DNA of 64,000 nt. Source: a virus. Its lineage: Duplodnaviria > Caudoviricetes. The notes beneath the pieces are model-generated. The model was not told the DNA's origin. It made no database searches and was given only the letters and a program-made list of their open reading frames with translations. Shown piece after piece: positions 46,793 to 57,107 of this stretch (positions are counted from its first letter, which is position 1; the number at the start of each line of letters is the position of its first letter). Location of the stretch: positions 1 through 64,000 of the IMG/VR virus record IMGVR_UViG_3300044767_000023; one strand, 5' to 3'. A program made the translations under genes and the position numbers.

Positions 46793-48320
46793 GTCCCTTC
46801 CGACTTCGCAATCGCCAATCGGTCGTCTCGCCCGGCTTGCCTACCGGGTTGTCCTTGAGCGAAATGTAGACTTGCCCGGCAAACGTCACTTCGTCGGACT
46901 TCTCATATTGCGCGATGGTGGAATAGGAGCCGCGATCGAGCGGCACCGGGATCGTGGTGGAGAAAATGACGTTGCCGTCTTCATGCTTGACGCGGAAGAC
47001 ACGCTCGTCTAGCTCAAAACGCAGATTGACCAAGGACAGGTCGCGGCCATCTTTCCCCGGCAATCCGGGTAAGCCGTCTTTGCCCAAGATGCAGCCGAGA
47101 TTGTGTGTGGTCCCGTCGCTAAGAGTTGCGATAGCAGAGCCTTCTCGATCAATGAAGAAACCTGCAAGACCAACTCCGTCCTTACCGTCTCGTCCATCTC
47201 TGCCATCTTTACCGTTAGCCGGAGTGGGGATTTTTGCCACCTCTTCCAGAACGGCCTGCGAGACCATCGGCCGGACCTCTTCAAGGTCGGGGATGAAGTC
47301 CTTGCCATCTTTGCCGTCCTTTCCGTCCTGCGGCATCGGCATCGCCGCGACCATATGCCGAATGGTCTCTTGAATGGCCGGAACGAATTGCTGGGGATCC
47401 AGCGGCTCGGCGTCCTTGCCGGGCGGGCCTGGAGGAGAAGGCGGGATTGCGCGCACCAGCTCCTCGAGGATTGGTCGCACCTCCTCGACCTTGAAGTCCT
47501 TGCCGTCCTTGCCGTCCTCGGGAAGTGGGATGAGATGCGCGATGCGCATGATGAGCGCTTCCTCATCCACATCCTTGGCGTCCCTTCCGTCCTTGCCATC
47601 TTTGCCGTCGCGGCCATCCTTGCCATCGGCTGGCGGCGGCAGCGCTGCAACTGCCTCCTCGATAATGTAGCGCACTGCCTCCGGTTCGAAGTCCTTGCCG
47701 TCCTTGCCGTCCTTCGGCATGAAACCGATGAAACCGTTAAACCGTTGTTCGATGAGCGCAGTCACCAGCTTCTGCACGTCATCAATCTTCATGCCCTTCT
47801 CGTCATCGGAAACGAGCAGGTGCCGGGTCGCGTTGATGACGAGCTCGCCGAGGTAAGCCCGCAACGGCGGCTCCAGGATGGCCGCAGTGCGCTGCGCGAT
47901 CCGGTCCGGGTCCGGTTCCGGGGCATCTTTTCCGGCCAGCCCGGGCGGTCCGGCGGGACCGGGCTCCCCAGCCGCGCCCGCAGGCCCAGGAGGGCCTTGG
48001 AGGCTTTCCCCTCGTTCACCTACCGCCCCCCTCTCCCCAGGCGCTCCTTGAGGCCCTGGAGGGCCGGGAACAGCCTCTCCCATTGGACCGGGGGGACCGG
48101 CTGGACCGGGGGGACCGGCTGGACCGGGCTCGCCTGCTATACCGGGTGACCCGTCCTTGCCGGGAACCGCGGCGAAGCGCTCGAGCGCATTTAGCCGGCC
48201 GGTTAGCTCCGCCACTAAGGCGCGGCTTTCCGTCAAGGCATTGCGGCACTCACGGATATAATCGCCAACGACCGGCGCGACGATCGCGCCGACTAGGTCG
48301 GCTATGTTCTGGCTTTTCAT
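46689..48320 (-). CDS. Collagen-like head-associated protein with DGKDG repeats
   Basis: GPPGP run, many DGKDG(K/R)D units alternating with helices, C-terminal [18 protein letters not shown]. Confidence 0.8.
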   Translation of the reverse strand: MKSQNIADLVGAIVAPVVGDYIRECRNALTESRALVAELTGRLNALERFAAVPGKDGSPGIAGEPGPAGPPGPAGPPGPMGEAVPGPPGPQGAPGERGAVGERGESLQGPPGPAGAAGEPGPAGPPGLAGKDAPEPDPDRIAQRTAAILEPPLRAYLGELVINATRHLLVSDDEKGMKIDDVQKLVTALIEQRFNGFIGFMPKDGKDGKDFEPEAVRYIIEEAVAALPPPADGKDGRDGKDGKDGRDAKDVDEEALIMRIAHLIPLPEDGKDGKDFKVEEVRPILEELVRAIPPSPPGPPGKDAEPLDPQQFVPAIQETIRHMVAAMPMPQDGKDGKDGKDFIPDLEEVRPMVSQAVLEEVAKIPTPANGKDGRDGRDGKDGVGLAGFFIDREGSAIATLSDGTTHNLGCILGKDGLPGLPGKDGRDLSLVNLRFELDERVFRVKHEDGNVIFSTTIPVPLDRGSYSTIAQYEKSDEVTFAGQVYISLKDNPVGKPGETTDWRLRSRKGRDGRDGKDGARGERGPEGAPAQPPKPDFGRHPEA

Positions 48321-48322
48321 TT

Positions 48323-49762
48323 CTAGGCCACCGCTCGCGACTCAATCTGCAATCGCAATGCTGCGCGATAGACTTCAATCATCGGGGTGTCTTCCATCGA
48401 AGCGGCCTCCTCGTCTGCGCCATCACCACCGTCTGCGGGCTTCGGAAGCTGCGGAGCTCCCGGAGGGGCTACCTTTGCGAACGGGTCTTCCTTCGCATCG
48501 CGCTTGGCCAAGGCGGCGAGTGAGAAGTTTTGCTGCTGCAGATAGCAGGCATCGCCACCTTCCACCGGGCCGTAGTTAAGTTTCTTGCGGCCTTCGTTTG
48601 GCTTCATCGCCCCGGCCTTGACCGCCTTGTCGATGGACTCGATCAACGCCATCGTGTCCATCCGCAGCAGGTCGTCGAGTTCGAACTCGGTGCCTAGCCA
48701 GCGCTTAGGAGTGTCCACGAGTCCGAGGCCTTCGTCGCAAAGCAGCTCGATGGCTTCGAAATACTTTTGCAGGCATTGGGTGTAATATTGGGTATTGAGC
48801 GCCTCGATATTGTTGTAGGCCGGCGGGTCGCCGACGCCAACCATGTAGGCGGGAACGCCAAAGGCTGAGCACACCATCTTGGCGCCCAGGCCGAGCTGCT
48901 CCACCAGCTGCGAGCTTTGCGCGGTGGTCGCCATCGGCTCGAATTTAAGACCGTCGCCAAGCACGGCGATCTTGCCGGCATTGTCGCCGCTGAACTCAGT
49001 CTGCCAATACTCCTTCAGCCGCTTGGCGGTCGCTTCCTTGATCTCGCCGGGAGCGGTGAGCAAACCGCCGGGAGTGGAATTGTTGCGGAAGAAGGTGGTG
49101 GAGTTCTTCTCGATATTGAGCGACTGCCCGGCCGGACCGGCGGCGGCAATCAAAGGCGGCACGCCGCACAGCGGATGGAATTTGATGGTGCACATATCGT
49201 GGATTATTTCCGAGGCCGGCACCACGATGCCGCCGCCGCCTGCGTCACGATTAGGATGCAGGTCGGCGAGGTAGTCCTCATTGAGCTCGTAATAGACATC
49301 GCCGGACGGGGTGACCAATACCTTGACCCGTAGCGGATCCAGCAGGTAGAGCGCGGTGACGACCCGGCGCTCATCGCGGGCCTTGAGCGAGTAGGTGTTG
49401 CCGGTGGTCACCTTCGACACAATCCAGTTTTCGAAAAACTGGATGCGCGTCTGGTAGTGATTGGGCTTGCGCAGGACGGGAGCGAAGGCGGCCGAGTCCG
49501 CCTCCGTCCAGATGTCGTTTTCGTCCTTCTCAACAAGTTTGAGTCGGCATTTCCCGACATCGCTGGCGATGCGCTCGATGCAAGCGTACACCGCATACAT
49601 CGCCAGCACACTTTCCGCCCGCAGCTCGCTATTCCGCTGCCAGGCGCCAGTAAACGGTTCACGCACGATGGGCCACCACCACCGGCCACGATCGCCGCTG
49701 ATTAACTGCGCGCCGGGAGGAACGGCGCGCTTGACGGACAGATCGAAGCCGAGGAGGCGCAT
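48323..49762 (-). CDS. Portal protein (HK97 family)
   Basis: [50 protein letters not shown]. Confidence 0.95.
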   Translation of the reverse strand: MRLLGFDLSVKRAVPPGAQLISGDRGRWWWPIVREPFTGAWQRNSELRAESVLAMYAVYACIERIASDVGKCRLKLVEKDENDIWTEADSAAFAPVLRKPNHYQTRIQFFENWIVSKVTTGNTYSLKARDERRVVTALYLLDPLRVKVLVTPSGDVYYELNEDYLADLHPNRDAGGGGIVVPASEIIHDMCTIKFHPLCGVPPLIAAAGPAGQSLNIEKNSTTFFRNNSTPGGLLTAPGEIKEATAKRLKEYWQTEFSGDNAGKIAVLGDGLKFEPMATTAQSSQLVEQLGLGAKMVCSAFGVPAYMVGVGDPPAYNNIEALNTQYYTQCLQKYFEAIELLCDEGLGLVDTPKRWLGTEFELDDLLRMDTMALIESIDKAVKAGAMKPNEGRKKLNYGPVEGGDACYLQQQNFSLAALAKRDAKEDPFAKVAPPGAPQLPKPADGGDGADEEAASMEDTPMIEVYRAALRLQIESRAVA

Positions 49763-49763
49763 C

Positions 49764-50108
49764 TCAGTTCTCGCTTTCCTTATGGCCCACGGCAGTCTCG
49801 GCCGTCATATCCTCGCGGCTGTAGGTGCCGGGACGGCCTTCCGTCGTAGTGATTGGCTTGGCCTCCTCGGCCGCCGGAGCCATCGCCGTGGTCTTATAGG
49901 GATCGAGTTTGGGACGCGCACCGCCTCGCGTTGACTTCGGCGGCTCCGCGGCTGGCTGGGTGACCGGGGCATCCTTGGCGCGCTTGACCAAACGCAAGGC
50001 CTTGGCGTCGCGGTCGCTGCTCACATCGAGCTCGTCGCCCGAATTGTATTCCTTACCCGACGGTCCGCTTGGATAACGGAATTTAGAAAGTGCGATCATC
50101 TTCGGCAT
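49764..50108 (-). CDS. Hypothetical head-region protein
   Basis: 114 aa; TYSREDMTAE motif; AGGAG SD. Confidence 0.7.
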   Translation of the reverse strand: MPKMIALSKFRYPSGPSGKEYNSGDELDVSSDRDAKALRLVKRAKDAPVTQPAAEPPKSTRGGARPKLDPYKTTAMAPAAEEAKPITTTEGRPGTYSREDMTAETAVGHKESEN

Positions 50109-50138
50109 TGGGGGTCTCTCCTAAGTTTGTGTCCCTCT

Positions 50139-50166
50139 AAAAAAAGGGGCAGCCGAAGCTGCCCCT
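50139..50166 (-). terminator. Intrinsic terminator after capsid gene
   Basis: AGGGGCAGC-TTCG-GCTGCCCCT followed by T-run. Confidence 0.9.
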
Positions 50167-50190
50167 AGTTTGTCGGTCACCTAGGAGGAC

Positions 50191-52335
50191 TTAAGCGTAG
50201 GCCGCACCGGAGATGTACTGGACCGCGCCATCGCGACGCCGCATCCAGTTGATCATCCGCTCGGCCCGCAGGGCCACCATGTTGCGCTGCCACAACGACA
50301 CCATGATAGTCGAAGCAGTGGGCGGGCTGTCGGGAGCCGAGTCCATCTGCAACGAGGCTTCCCGGCTCATATCGACCTGCACCGCACCATCGTCGGCGAG
50401 GAGGATTTCCGGGGCATTGATCGCCACGATCAGGCTGCCGGCCGGCGAACCGGCAGTGACGATGTTCTCCGAAGTGACGACCGGAATGCCTTCCAGCGAG
50501 CCACCACCAGGACCCATACCATCGAACTCCTTCTGACCAAGCGCATTGCGAAGCAGCGAGATGCGGATCGCCTGCTGCGAGGTCATCACGAGCACGAGAC
50601 CGGCCACGCTCATATTGAGGCCGGCGTAGGTGGACAGCAGAGTACCAAGGTCGGCGCGGAGCGCGTCGCCCGTGGTTCCCGTCGGGTTGATCGGAGTCAC
50701 GCCGTTGGTGATCGAAGCCGGACTGACGCCCGGCACCGCCACCTTGCTGGGATCGAGGAAGTCCCGATCGGTCAGCAGCGCCACCGCAGTGAGCAACGAG
50801 TCCCGCACCAGCGCCTCGATCGCCGGGTTGCTGAAGCGGAACAGCTCGTCGGTCACCGGCACGATCCCGGCCACCTTGGTGAAGCCGAGCGAGATCGAGT
50901 CGAACGCCATGGCGCTGACCGGCTTCGGGGCGCCTTCACCGACCCAGTTGACCGACGCGGCGGTGATCTCGCGCGGGATTTTGATATTGAACGGCACCCG
51001 GCGCAGGCCCGGGATGCGGCCAATGATCGTGAGCGGGACTAGGAGCTCGATGAACTCCGAGGCCATGAACTGCGGCTCCACCAGCGGCTTGGCCCAGTTC
51101 GTTCCGGTCGTGGTGCCGACCAGCACCGGGGCCTTGAGGATGCCCTCGAGTTCCGGCGTCTGGTCGAAGTAGCCGAAGTTGCGCGCCGCTTCGATAGCGG
51201 AAGTACCGGGGTTGAGCGAGGAGAACGCCCGGCAGATGAAGTGGCGGGCGAACAGAATGCCCTTGGGAACGCGCGAGCGCATTCCCTCCACCCGCACGAT
51301 GTTGCCATCGTTGGCGCGGGCACGGGCAGCGTCACTCGCATCGACCACGCGGACTTCCACCGCCTGGTGCAGGTTGGTCTTCTCCAGAACCCGCAGCCGG
51401 TCGAGGTGCTGGTCAACCGACTTCACCTCGTCGGCCAGCGCGTCGTAGTTGTCTTGCTGCTCCTGATCAAGGGTCTCGCCCTTGTCGGAAGCGGTATCCA
51501 TGATCTCTTCCATCTTTGCTGCCTTCGCAGCGCGGGTCGCCTCAAAGCCGGCAATCTGCTCGGCAATGGTACGTTTGGCCATCCTGGCCTCCTGTTGTTT
51601 GACTACTACTGCCGTGCCTGCAGCTCGTCGCTGCGTACCAGTGCCTACGTCTAGACTCGCGCCAAAGACGATCTTCTGCGTCGCTTCGGAAATGCCGAGC
51701 GACTTCACAACTCGCAACGCGTTCTGATTAGCGGGGACGCTGACCAGAGATGTTTCGAGTAGCTCTTGTTGGACGAAGCGCACTCCGCCCCAGGGATCCT
51801 TCTCATCCAGCGGCTCGTGCTTGAGCGGCTTGAAGCCGACCGAGACCGCCCGCAGAATGTCCTGCTCGACGAGCGCAATCATTTCGTCGATGCGTGGCGA
51901 GGTGCCCTTATCGGCGAGCTCGAGGTCGCCCAGCAGCTGGTCGTTCTGGATGCGGATATTCCGCCACTTGCCAATCGGCATGTCGGAGCGATGGCCGAAC
52001 AGCGCAATCGGATTGCGCTTGAAGTTCGCCAGCTTCCAGCCGCTAGCCATGATGATGTCGCCCATGCGATCGGGCGTCTCGTCGCTGAGCACAAAGGTAA
52101 TGACGCCATCATTCTTGGCGGCCTTCTCGGTGACGTGGATCGCGCGGCGCACCGCATTGGCGTCGATCCGCGGTTGCTTCATAGCCGGTGCTGCGCTCAT
52201 GGTTTTTTCCTCATCCCAGATTAGTTCGCACTCGTCCTCGTCAAAGCCCTCTTCCATGCAGCGGTCGATGAAGTCGCTGTGGCTCTCGCCATCATCGGGC
52301 GTGATCTTGAGTTCGGCCGCCTTGAGTGCTGGCAT
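50191..52335 (-). CDS. Prohead protease - major capsid protein fusion (HK97 fold)
   Basis: DRMGDII, NPIALFGH, AVSVGF, ETSLVSVPAN (protease); WVGEGAPKP, SLWQRNMVALRAER (capsid); no stop between. Confidence 0.93.
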   Translation of the reverse strand: MPALKAAELKITPDDGESHSDFIDRCMEEGFDEDECELIWDEEKTMSAAPAMKQPRIDANAVRRAIHVTEKAAKNDGVITFVLSDETPDRMGDIIMASGWKLANFKRNPIALFGHRSDMPIGKWRNIRIQNDQLLGDLELADKGTSPRIDEMIALVEQDILRAVSVGFKPLKHEPLDEKDPWGGVRFVQQELLETSLVSVPANQNALRVVKSLGISEATQKIVFGASLDVGTGTQRRAAGTAVVVKQQEARMAKRTIAEQIAGFEATRAAKAAKMEEIMDTASDKGETLDQEQQDNYDALADEVKSVDQHLDRLRVLEKTNLHQAVEVRVVDASDAARARANDGNIVRVEGMRSRVPKGILFARHFICRAFSSLNPGTSAIEAARNFGYFDQTPELEGILKAPVLVGTTTGTNWAKPLVEPQFMASEFIELLVPLTIIGRIPGLRRVPFNIKIPREITAASVNWVGEGAPKPVSAMAFDSISLGFTKVAGIVPVTDELFRFSNPAIEALVRDSLLTAVALLTDRDFLDPSKVAVPGVSPASITNGVTPINPTGTTGDALRADLGTLLSTYAGLNMSVAGLVLVMTSQQAIRISLLRNALGQKEFDGMGPGGGSLEGIPVVTSENIVTAGSPAGSLIVAINAPEILLADDGAVQVDMSREASLQMDSAPDSPPTASTIMVSLWQRNMVALRAERMINWMRRRDGAVQYISGAAYA

Positions 52336-52579
52336 AGAATTGCTCCCGGTAGTAATCCAAGACGAAGACGCGGAGGGCGGAAGACAGGTTGCCGCCCTGT
52401 CCGATCCGATTTTCGTCGATCCGGCTGGCGAGCTGGCTAAGCGTGAGACCGCGGGAGTACGCCAGCCGTTTGAAGCAATCCCAAAATTCCGCTTCGAGGC
52501 TGACGCTGGTCTTGTGCTGGCCGATGACAATACTTCGCTTGATGACTCGTGATGGCGCCATGGGTCGCGGCGTGGCCAT
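52292..52579 (-). CDS. Ribbon-helix-helix (RHH_4-like) DNA-binding protein
   Basis: KRSIVIGQHKTSVSLEAEFW..NLSSALRVFVL. Confidence 0.85.
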   Translation of the reverse strand: MATPRPMAPSRVIKRSIVIGQHKTSVSLEAEFWDCFKRLAYSRGLTLSQLASRIDENRIGQGGNLSSALRVFVLDYYREQFYASTQGGRTQDHAR

Positions 52580-52846
52580 CTAACTCGTCAATCTGTAAAG
52601 CGGGCGGCCATTGGGACCGTTAAGCGTCATCAGCACAAAGCGGCCGCGCCGGATACGGGCGCGCAGCTGCTCGCCTTTGCCGCGGTCGAACAGGTCGGCG
52701 ACGTTGCGTAGCTCCTCGGCTATGAAGACGCGCTGGGCGGGGGAGAGCAGGTAGCTAGCGCGCGCCAGCCGCGCCAGACAATCGGCGATGTCGCGGACGG
52801 TCTCGCCACGCGCTTCCTCGAGCTCGTCGTACTCTTCCCCGGGCAT
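52580..52846 (-). CDS. Hypothetical protein
   Basis: 88 aa, abuts neighbours. Confidence 0.6.
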   Translation of the reverse strand: MPGEEYDELEEARGETVRDIADCLARLARASYLLSPAQRVFIAEELRNVADLFDRGKGEQLRARIRRGRFVLMTLNGPNGRPLYRLTS

Positions 52847-53911
52847 TTACCAGCCTGTCGTCACGTCATAGGCGATCACTTGACCTATCGTAGTGCAGGC
52901 ATTGACGGCATTGGTCTTGGTATTCTTTTTGGTATTGAGATCGGCAGAGCGGACGGCGATGCCGTTCAGGATGGCGGCCTGCTCGGCGGGGGTGACGGTG
53001 ACCGGCGCAGTGCCGCCGACCGGGATCCATTGCACGTTGCTGGTCGCAACCGGACTTAGGTTGGTCCACGGCGCGGCCGTGGTGCTGATCATGCCGACGC
53101 TCTGAGTTCCGGGCGATGGGGCCGAGACGTAGCTGTCGCGGTTTGGATTAGAACCGCCGGCGGCAAAGTCGATGCCGGTTATCGGTAACAACGGAGAATT
53201 CAAAAGCGCGGAGCCGATCGGGACCGTCGCTGCATTGAGAGAGGCGATAGTAGTAATATTCAAAAAGCTGACGAGGGCGTTGCCCTGGGCGTAGATGCTG
53301 GCATCGAGGGCATCGACGGAGTTGAAACCTAGGTTCGTGGCATCGACGATGGAAGAGTTTATTTCCGCCACCAGGGCGCCAAGTTGGGTCGTCAATATGT
53401 TGGCGATAGTGGCATTGGCATTCCCGATAGTGGCATTGCCGTTGATGGCGTTGACGAAGTTTGAATTGTAGTAGGCCACCACGGCATTGAGCGCGGTCAC
53501 GATGGCGTTGATCGAAGCGGTAGCGTTCTGGATGGCCGGGATCGTGGACGAGAACAAGGTCGCGTCGGTCGCGTCCCAGAAGTAGTCACCAGCTGCCACC
53601 ACGTAATGGAACGGCGCCTGCCGCTTGGTATTGTAGACTTCGGCGATCAGATCCTTCTTGACCTTCTTCGCCTGCGTCAGGGTGATGCCGACCAGCTTGA
53701 GGAGGAACTGGTCAAAATATGGACAGTAGGGCAGTACGTCGATCGTGGACTCACGCATCGGCGGGCGGTCGCTGTACTCGACTTCGCCTTCGCCGGCATC
53801 GCGCCATTCCACAAAGTTTACATTACTGGCAAGCGCGGCGTAGTTCATGCTGCCGACGCTGGCGTTATCCACCGACATGATGTTCTGCCGGCGGGCGAGC
53901 CAGAACCTCAC
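52847..53911 (-). CDS. Fibre-assembly-like (DUF4376-like ends) protein with Asn/Ala-rich insert
   Basis: FVEWRD..GEVEY N-terminus; AVNACTTIGQVIAYDVTTGW C-terminus. Confidence 0.55.
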   Translation of the reverse strand: MRFWLARRQNIMSVDNASVGSMNYAALASNVNFVEWRDAGEGEVEYSDRPPMRESTIDVLPYCPYFDQFLLKLVGITLTQAKKVKKDLIAEVYNTKRQAPFHYVVAAGDYFWDATDATLFSSTIPAIQNATASINAIVTALNAVVAYYNSNFVNAINGNATIGNANATIANILTTQLGALVAEINSSIVDATNLGFNSVDALDASIYAQGNALVSFLNITTIASLNAATVPIGSALLNSPLLPITGIDFAAGGSNPNRDSYVSAPSPGTQSVGMISTTAAPWTNLSPVATSNVQWIPVGGTAPVTVTPAEQAAILNGIAVRSADLNTKKNTKTNAVNACTTIGQVIAYDVTTGW

Positions 53912-54270
53912 GAGGGCGAGTCCCCGGACGGCGAGTCTCCCGGCTGGATAATGAAGCCGGGATTGACGACCTCGAGTTGGCCAACGACCTCGGTCGTTAT
54001 CGTGCCATCGACCGCCACTACCCGCAGGCCGTCGATGTAACGGCCGGGGGTGATGGTCGCGCTAAGGTCGCGCGGCACCCGCACACTCACACTCCCAGCG
54101 GCTTCGTCTATGACTTCGACTACCGCTGCACCAGGAGCTATGACCTGTGCCAGAGCACCGCGCGTGGCCAGCACCCATTCCAGCGCAATGCCCGGGGCGG
54201 CGGACCCCAGTGTGCGTAGAAGGACCCAATCATCGCCTACATAGACGGTCTCGGGCGGGTGCGTGGCCAT
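53908..54270 (-). CDS. Putative virion adaptor protein ending GDSPSGDSPS
   Basis: VYVGDDW..DEAAGSVSV..PGRY pattern. Confidence 0.6.
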   Translation of the reverse strand: MATHPPETVYVGDDWVLLRTLGSAAPGIALEWVLATRGALAQVIAPGAAVVEVIDEAAGSVSVRVPRDLSATITPGRYIDGLRVVAVDGTITTEVVGQLEVVNPGFIIQPGDSPSGDSPS

Positions 54271-54271
54271 C

Positions 54272-56179
54272 TCACATAACCAATAGTTGGAACTCAGGCT
54301 CGCGGGCCTCGTCGAGACCGGCGAGTGCTATACCAACTCCCATGGCCGCACTGACGATGCCGTCGATGCGCCCGCGCGTCCGCTGCTTAATTAGCCAGCG
54401 GTTGTTCTGGGCGTCGGCCTCGATAGCGGCGTTGCCACTACACCACGTCGTGATTGGGGATTTCTGGATTACGATGTCGCCACGCAGCACACAATCTTCC
54501 AATAGCTGCAGGCTGCGCGGCATCCACAACATCTGCTTGCTATGCATTCCCATGCGGCCTTGCGAGTGCACCACCATCTTCAGTCCGCTGCCTTTGGTCT
54601 CGCCTTCTTTCCACACCCAGGTGGTAAAGCCGATGCGGTCGCAGGCCTTGCGGAACTCGATCGAATGGGCGGGATCGAACGCCATCGCCTTGACCGCAAA
54701 GCGGGTGTGTAGACGCTGCACCTCGGCCGCCACGTAATCGTACTCAATACTGAGACCGGGTACCAGCTTGAGCAATCCCTGCTGGCCCCATTCGAAGTAC
54801 GGCGCGCCGTCGGCCTTACCGGCTTCCACCGCATTGTCGCGCGGCCGCCAGTAATAAATCTTGACGTAGTGCTTGCCGTCCTTGCGCCACACCGCCGAGA
54901 GCGCAGTCAGGTCGTTCTTCTGCGAGAGGTCGAGGCCGAGATAGCACGGCGCATCGCCCATATCGTCCTCGCGGAAATCGCCTTGCACCAGCTCCCACGA
55001 GTCGAGGTCGATCCAGTAGGCCGAGGAGCCGACCGGCACGCCAAAGTACAGCCGCTTGGTAGTTAGGCTAGTGGCGATCCGGTGGCGCGAGCTCGCCACC
55101 GCAGTACGCACATTCTCCACCGGGTAGGTCAAGCCCAGCAACGGCAAGGCTTTCGGCCAGCAGTCCTCGTCGTTCATCGGGTCGTCGTCGTCATCGACCC
55201 GGGCGATAAACGAGAACACCGCATCGTCATCGAACACGCCTTTGACGACGCCTTGGTAGAATTCCGAAAGCTCGGTCGCAATAATCTGGTCGGCGGCCGG
55301 GGTGTTGGTGGTAATCATCAGCAGCGCATCGGTCGGCATCTTTACCAGTGCGGCTTTCCATAGCTCCAGCTGGCCAGCGGATTTCCACTCATGGATCTCG
55401 TCGGCGCATACCATGGCGGGCTTCGGCCCGGAGATCTTCTCGTCGTTGGCTAGCACGCGGAATTTGGAATGGGTGCCGGGATGTTCGATCATCCACGCCA
55501 TCTCGCCGGTGCCGCGAATAATGACCTCGCCGATCGACTCAAGCGAGTCGCTGGTGGGGCCTTCGGGCCCGGGGATCGGGGCGCGGCACAGATTGACGGC
55601 GTCGGCGAACAGTACGTTGGCCTGATTACGATCCTTGGCTATCGTGTAGACCTCGCTGCGGGCAATCCCGCGCCAGCCCATGATGTAGAGGCCGACAGCG
55701 GCCGCTAACGGGGTCTTCACCTGCCCCTTGCCAATCTCTAACCAAGCCTCGCGAAAGCGCAGCCGGCCGGAGGGCTTGTACCAGCCGAATAATGAGCCAA
55801 CCACAAAGGCCAGATAGTTCGGCAGATGGAACGGCTGGCCGGAAGCGGCCCCGGCGGTAACCGTGAACATGCTGGGGAAGAATTCCAGCGCGTCGGCGGC
55901 CTTGGCGACATCGAAGCGCAGGTCGGTGCGGCAGAGGTCGCGCATATGGCGCTCGGCCGCGGCCTTCATCAACTGGCCGGCAACGATGCGGCCGGCAATC
56001 ACATCCTGCGCCCATTGGGTAGCCGGGTCGCTGGCGGCCCATTGCTGGATCGGGCTTAGCTCCGGCTCCGGCGGCGGGGTAAGACGAGGCCGGCTAATAC
56101 GGGGGCGCTCAGACTGGCGGCGCTCGCCGGTCAGTCTGAGTTCAGGCGGCAGCTTTTTAGGCAAGCTAGACCGCCGCAT
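54272..56179 (-). CDS. terL: Terminase large subunit (HK97/P27-like)
   Basis: EIGKGQVKT Walker A variant, CADEIHE Walker B, YLGLDLS, RIDGIVSAAM. Confidence 0.93.
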   Translation of the reverse strand: MRRSSLPKKLPPELRLTGERRQSERPRISRPRLTPPPEPELSPIQQWAASDPATQWAQDVIAGRIVAGQLMKAAAERHMRDLCRTDLRFDVAKAADALEFFPSMFTVTAGAASGQPFHLPNYLAFVVGSLFGWYKPSGRLRFREAWLEIGKGQVKTPLAAAVGLYIMGWRGIARSEVYTIAKDRNQANVLFADAVNLCRAPIPGPEGPTSDSLESIGEVIIRGTGEMAWMIEHPGTHSKFRVLANDEKISGPKPAMVCADEIHEWKSAGQLELWKAALVKMPTDALLMITTNTPAADQIIATELSEFYQGVVKGVFDDDAVFSFIARVDDDDDPMNDEDCWPKALPLLGLTYPVENVRTAVASSRHRIATSLTTKRLYFGVPVGSSAYWIDLDSWELVQGDFREDDMGDAPCYLGLDLSQKNDLTALSAVWRKDGKHYVKIYYWRPRDNAVEAGKADGAPYFEWGQQGLLKLVPGLSIEYDYVAAEVQRLHTRFAVKAMAFDPAHSIEFRKACDRIGFTTWVWKEGETKGSGLKMVVHSQGRMGMHSKQMLWMPRSLQLLEDCVLRGDIVIQKSPITTWCSGNAAIEADAQNNRWLIKQRTRGRIDGIVSAAMGVGIALAGLDEAREPEFQLLVM

Positions 56180-56606
56180 TGCGCTTGAGGAATTTGTCGG
56201 CGGCGATGCCAACCGGCTTGTCTACCTTCTTGGCACTCTCGCGCCGGGCGGCGGTAAGGCCGAGCTCGGTTGCTAGCCGCACCATGCGATCATAGGCCGC
56301 ATTGGAGATGCTGATATAGGGGTTGAATTTGCCATCGCCGCGCTTGGACTTCTGGATCAAGCCCAATTCCTGCACCTTTTCGTTGGCAGTCATAAAGCGG
56401 GCACGCTGCACGCAATAGGCCTGCACCATGTCCTTGAGGTCAGTATCCCAGATTTTCCGCCGCACAAGTTCCGGGACGACCTCCAGCCAGCAGTCGCGCT
56501 CGAGGCCTTCGTGCAGGCTGGCCGGGGGCTCGGGAATGCGGGCCTGTGAGGCTGGCAGGTTGACGAGGTTGCTCACTGGTCGGATAGCGGGCTTTGATCC
56601 ACGCAT
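56166..56606 (-). CDS. terS: Terminase small subunit (P27 family)
   Basis: MRGSKP, PEPPASL, AYC, NPYISI, ELGLTAARR. Confidence 0.9.
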   Translation of the reverse strand: MRGSKPAIRPVSNLVNLPASQARIPEPPASLHEGLERDCWLEVVPELVRRKIWDTDLKDMVQAYCVQRARFMTANEKVQELGLIQKSKRGDGKFNPYISISNAAYDRMVRLATELGLTAARRESAKKVDKPVGIAADKFLKRNAAV

Positions 56607-56789
56607 AGAATATTTGTCCTCACGCTGGTTGCACAGAGTTGATTCCGGTAGCTCGCAACTCATTCAGGTTGCAAGTTCACCGCGGGCTGGGCATTGGCTT
56701 TCGGGTGCCCCTAAACACATATCGTCCCCCCCTCAAAGGTTTATTTTAGGGGCTGGGAGAATAATTGTTTCGCAGTCCCCCCAGTTGAG

Positions 56790-57107
56790 TTAGGAACTGG
56801 AAGGCTTGCGATGCCATGGATGCGATGGGTCAAGGGGCATGCCGTTACGGTCGCATACGCTGGGTAGTTTGCCATCGCGGTTGCGTTTACCGGACTGGTT
56901 CTCGCGCATCTGGATATCGTGCACCCGACACAACGACCGCAGGTTATCAGCAGACTCGTCACCACCTTGCTTGCGCGGCTTTATGTGGTCAACTACCGAG
57001 GCGGGCTCGTCGCAACCCGGAACACTACAGCGGTACTCATCACGCTCGAGCACCGCTAAGCGGGTCTGCTTCCATTCATACGAGAGGTAGAACGGATCGC
57101 CGGGCAT
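56790..57107 (-). CDS. HNH endonuclease (packaging-associated)
   Basis: FYLSYEWK..RDEYRC..VDHIKP..NLRSLCRVH; adjacent to terS. Confidence 0.9.
   Translation of the reverse strand: MPGDPFYLSYEWKQTRLAVLERDEYRCSVPGCDEPASVVDHIKPRKQGGDESADNLRSLCRVHDIQMRENQSGKRNRDGKLPSVCDRNGMPLDPSHPWHRKPSSS

Noticed and set aside
52336-52530. N-terminal 65 aa of the 779-aa capsid ORF call (similarly the extensions of terL, terS, FkbM, GT8 and QueE calls)
   Set aside because: They overlap upstream genes or are low-complexity; downstream starts with SDs or stop-start coupling fit better
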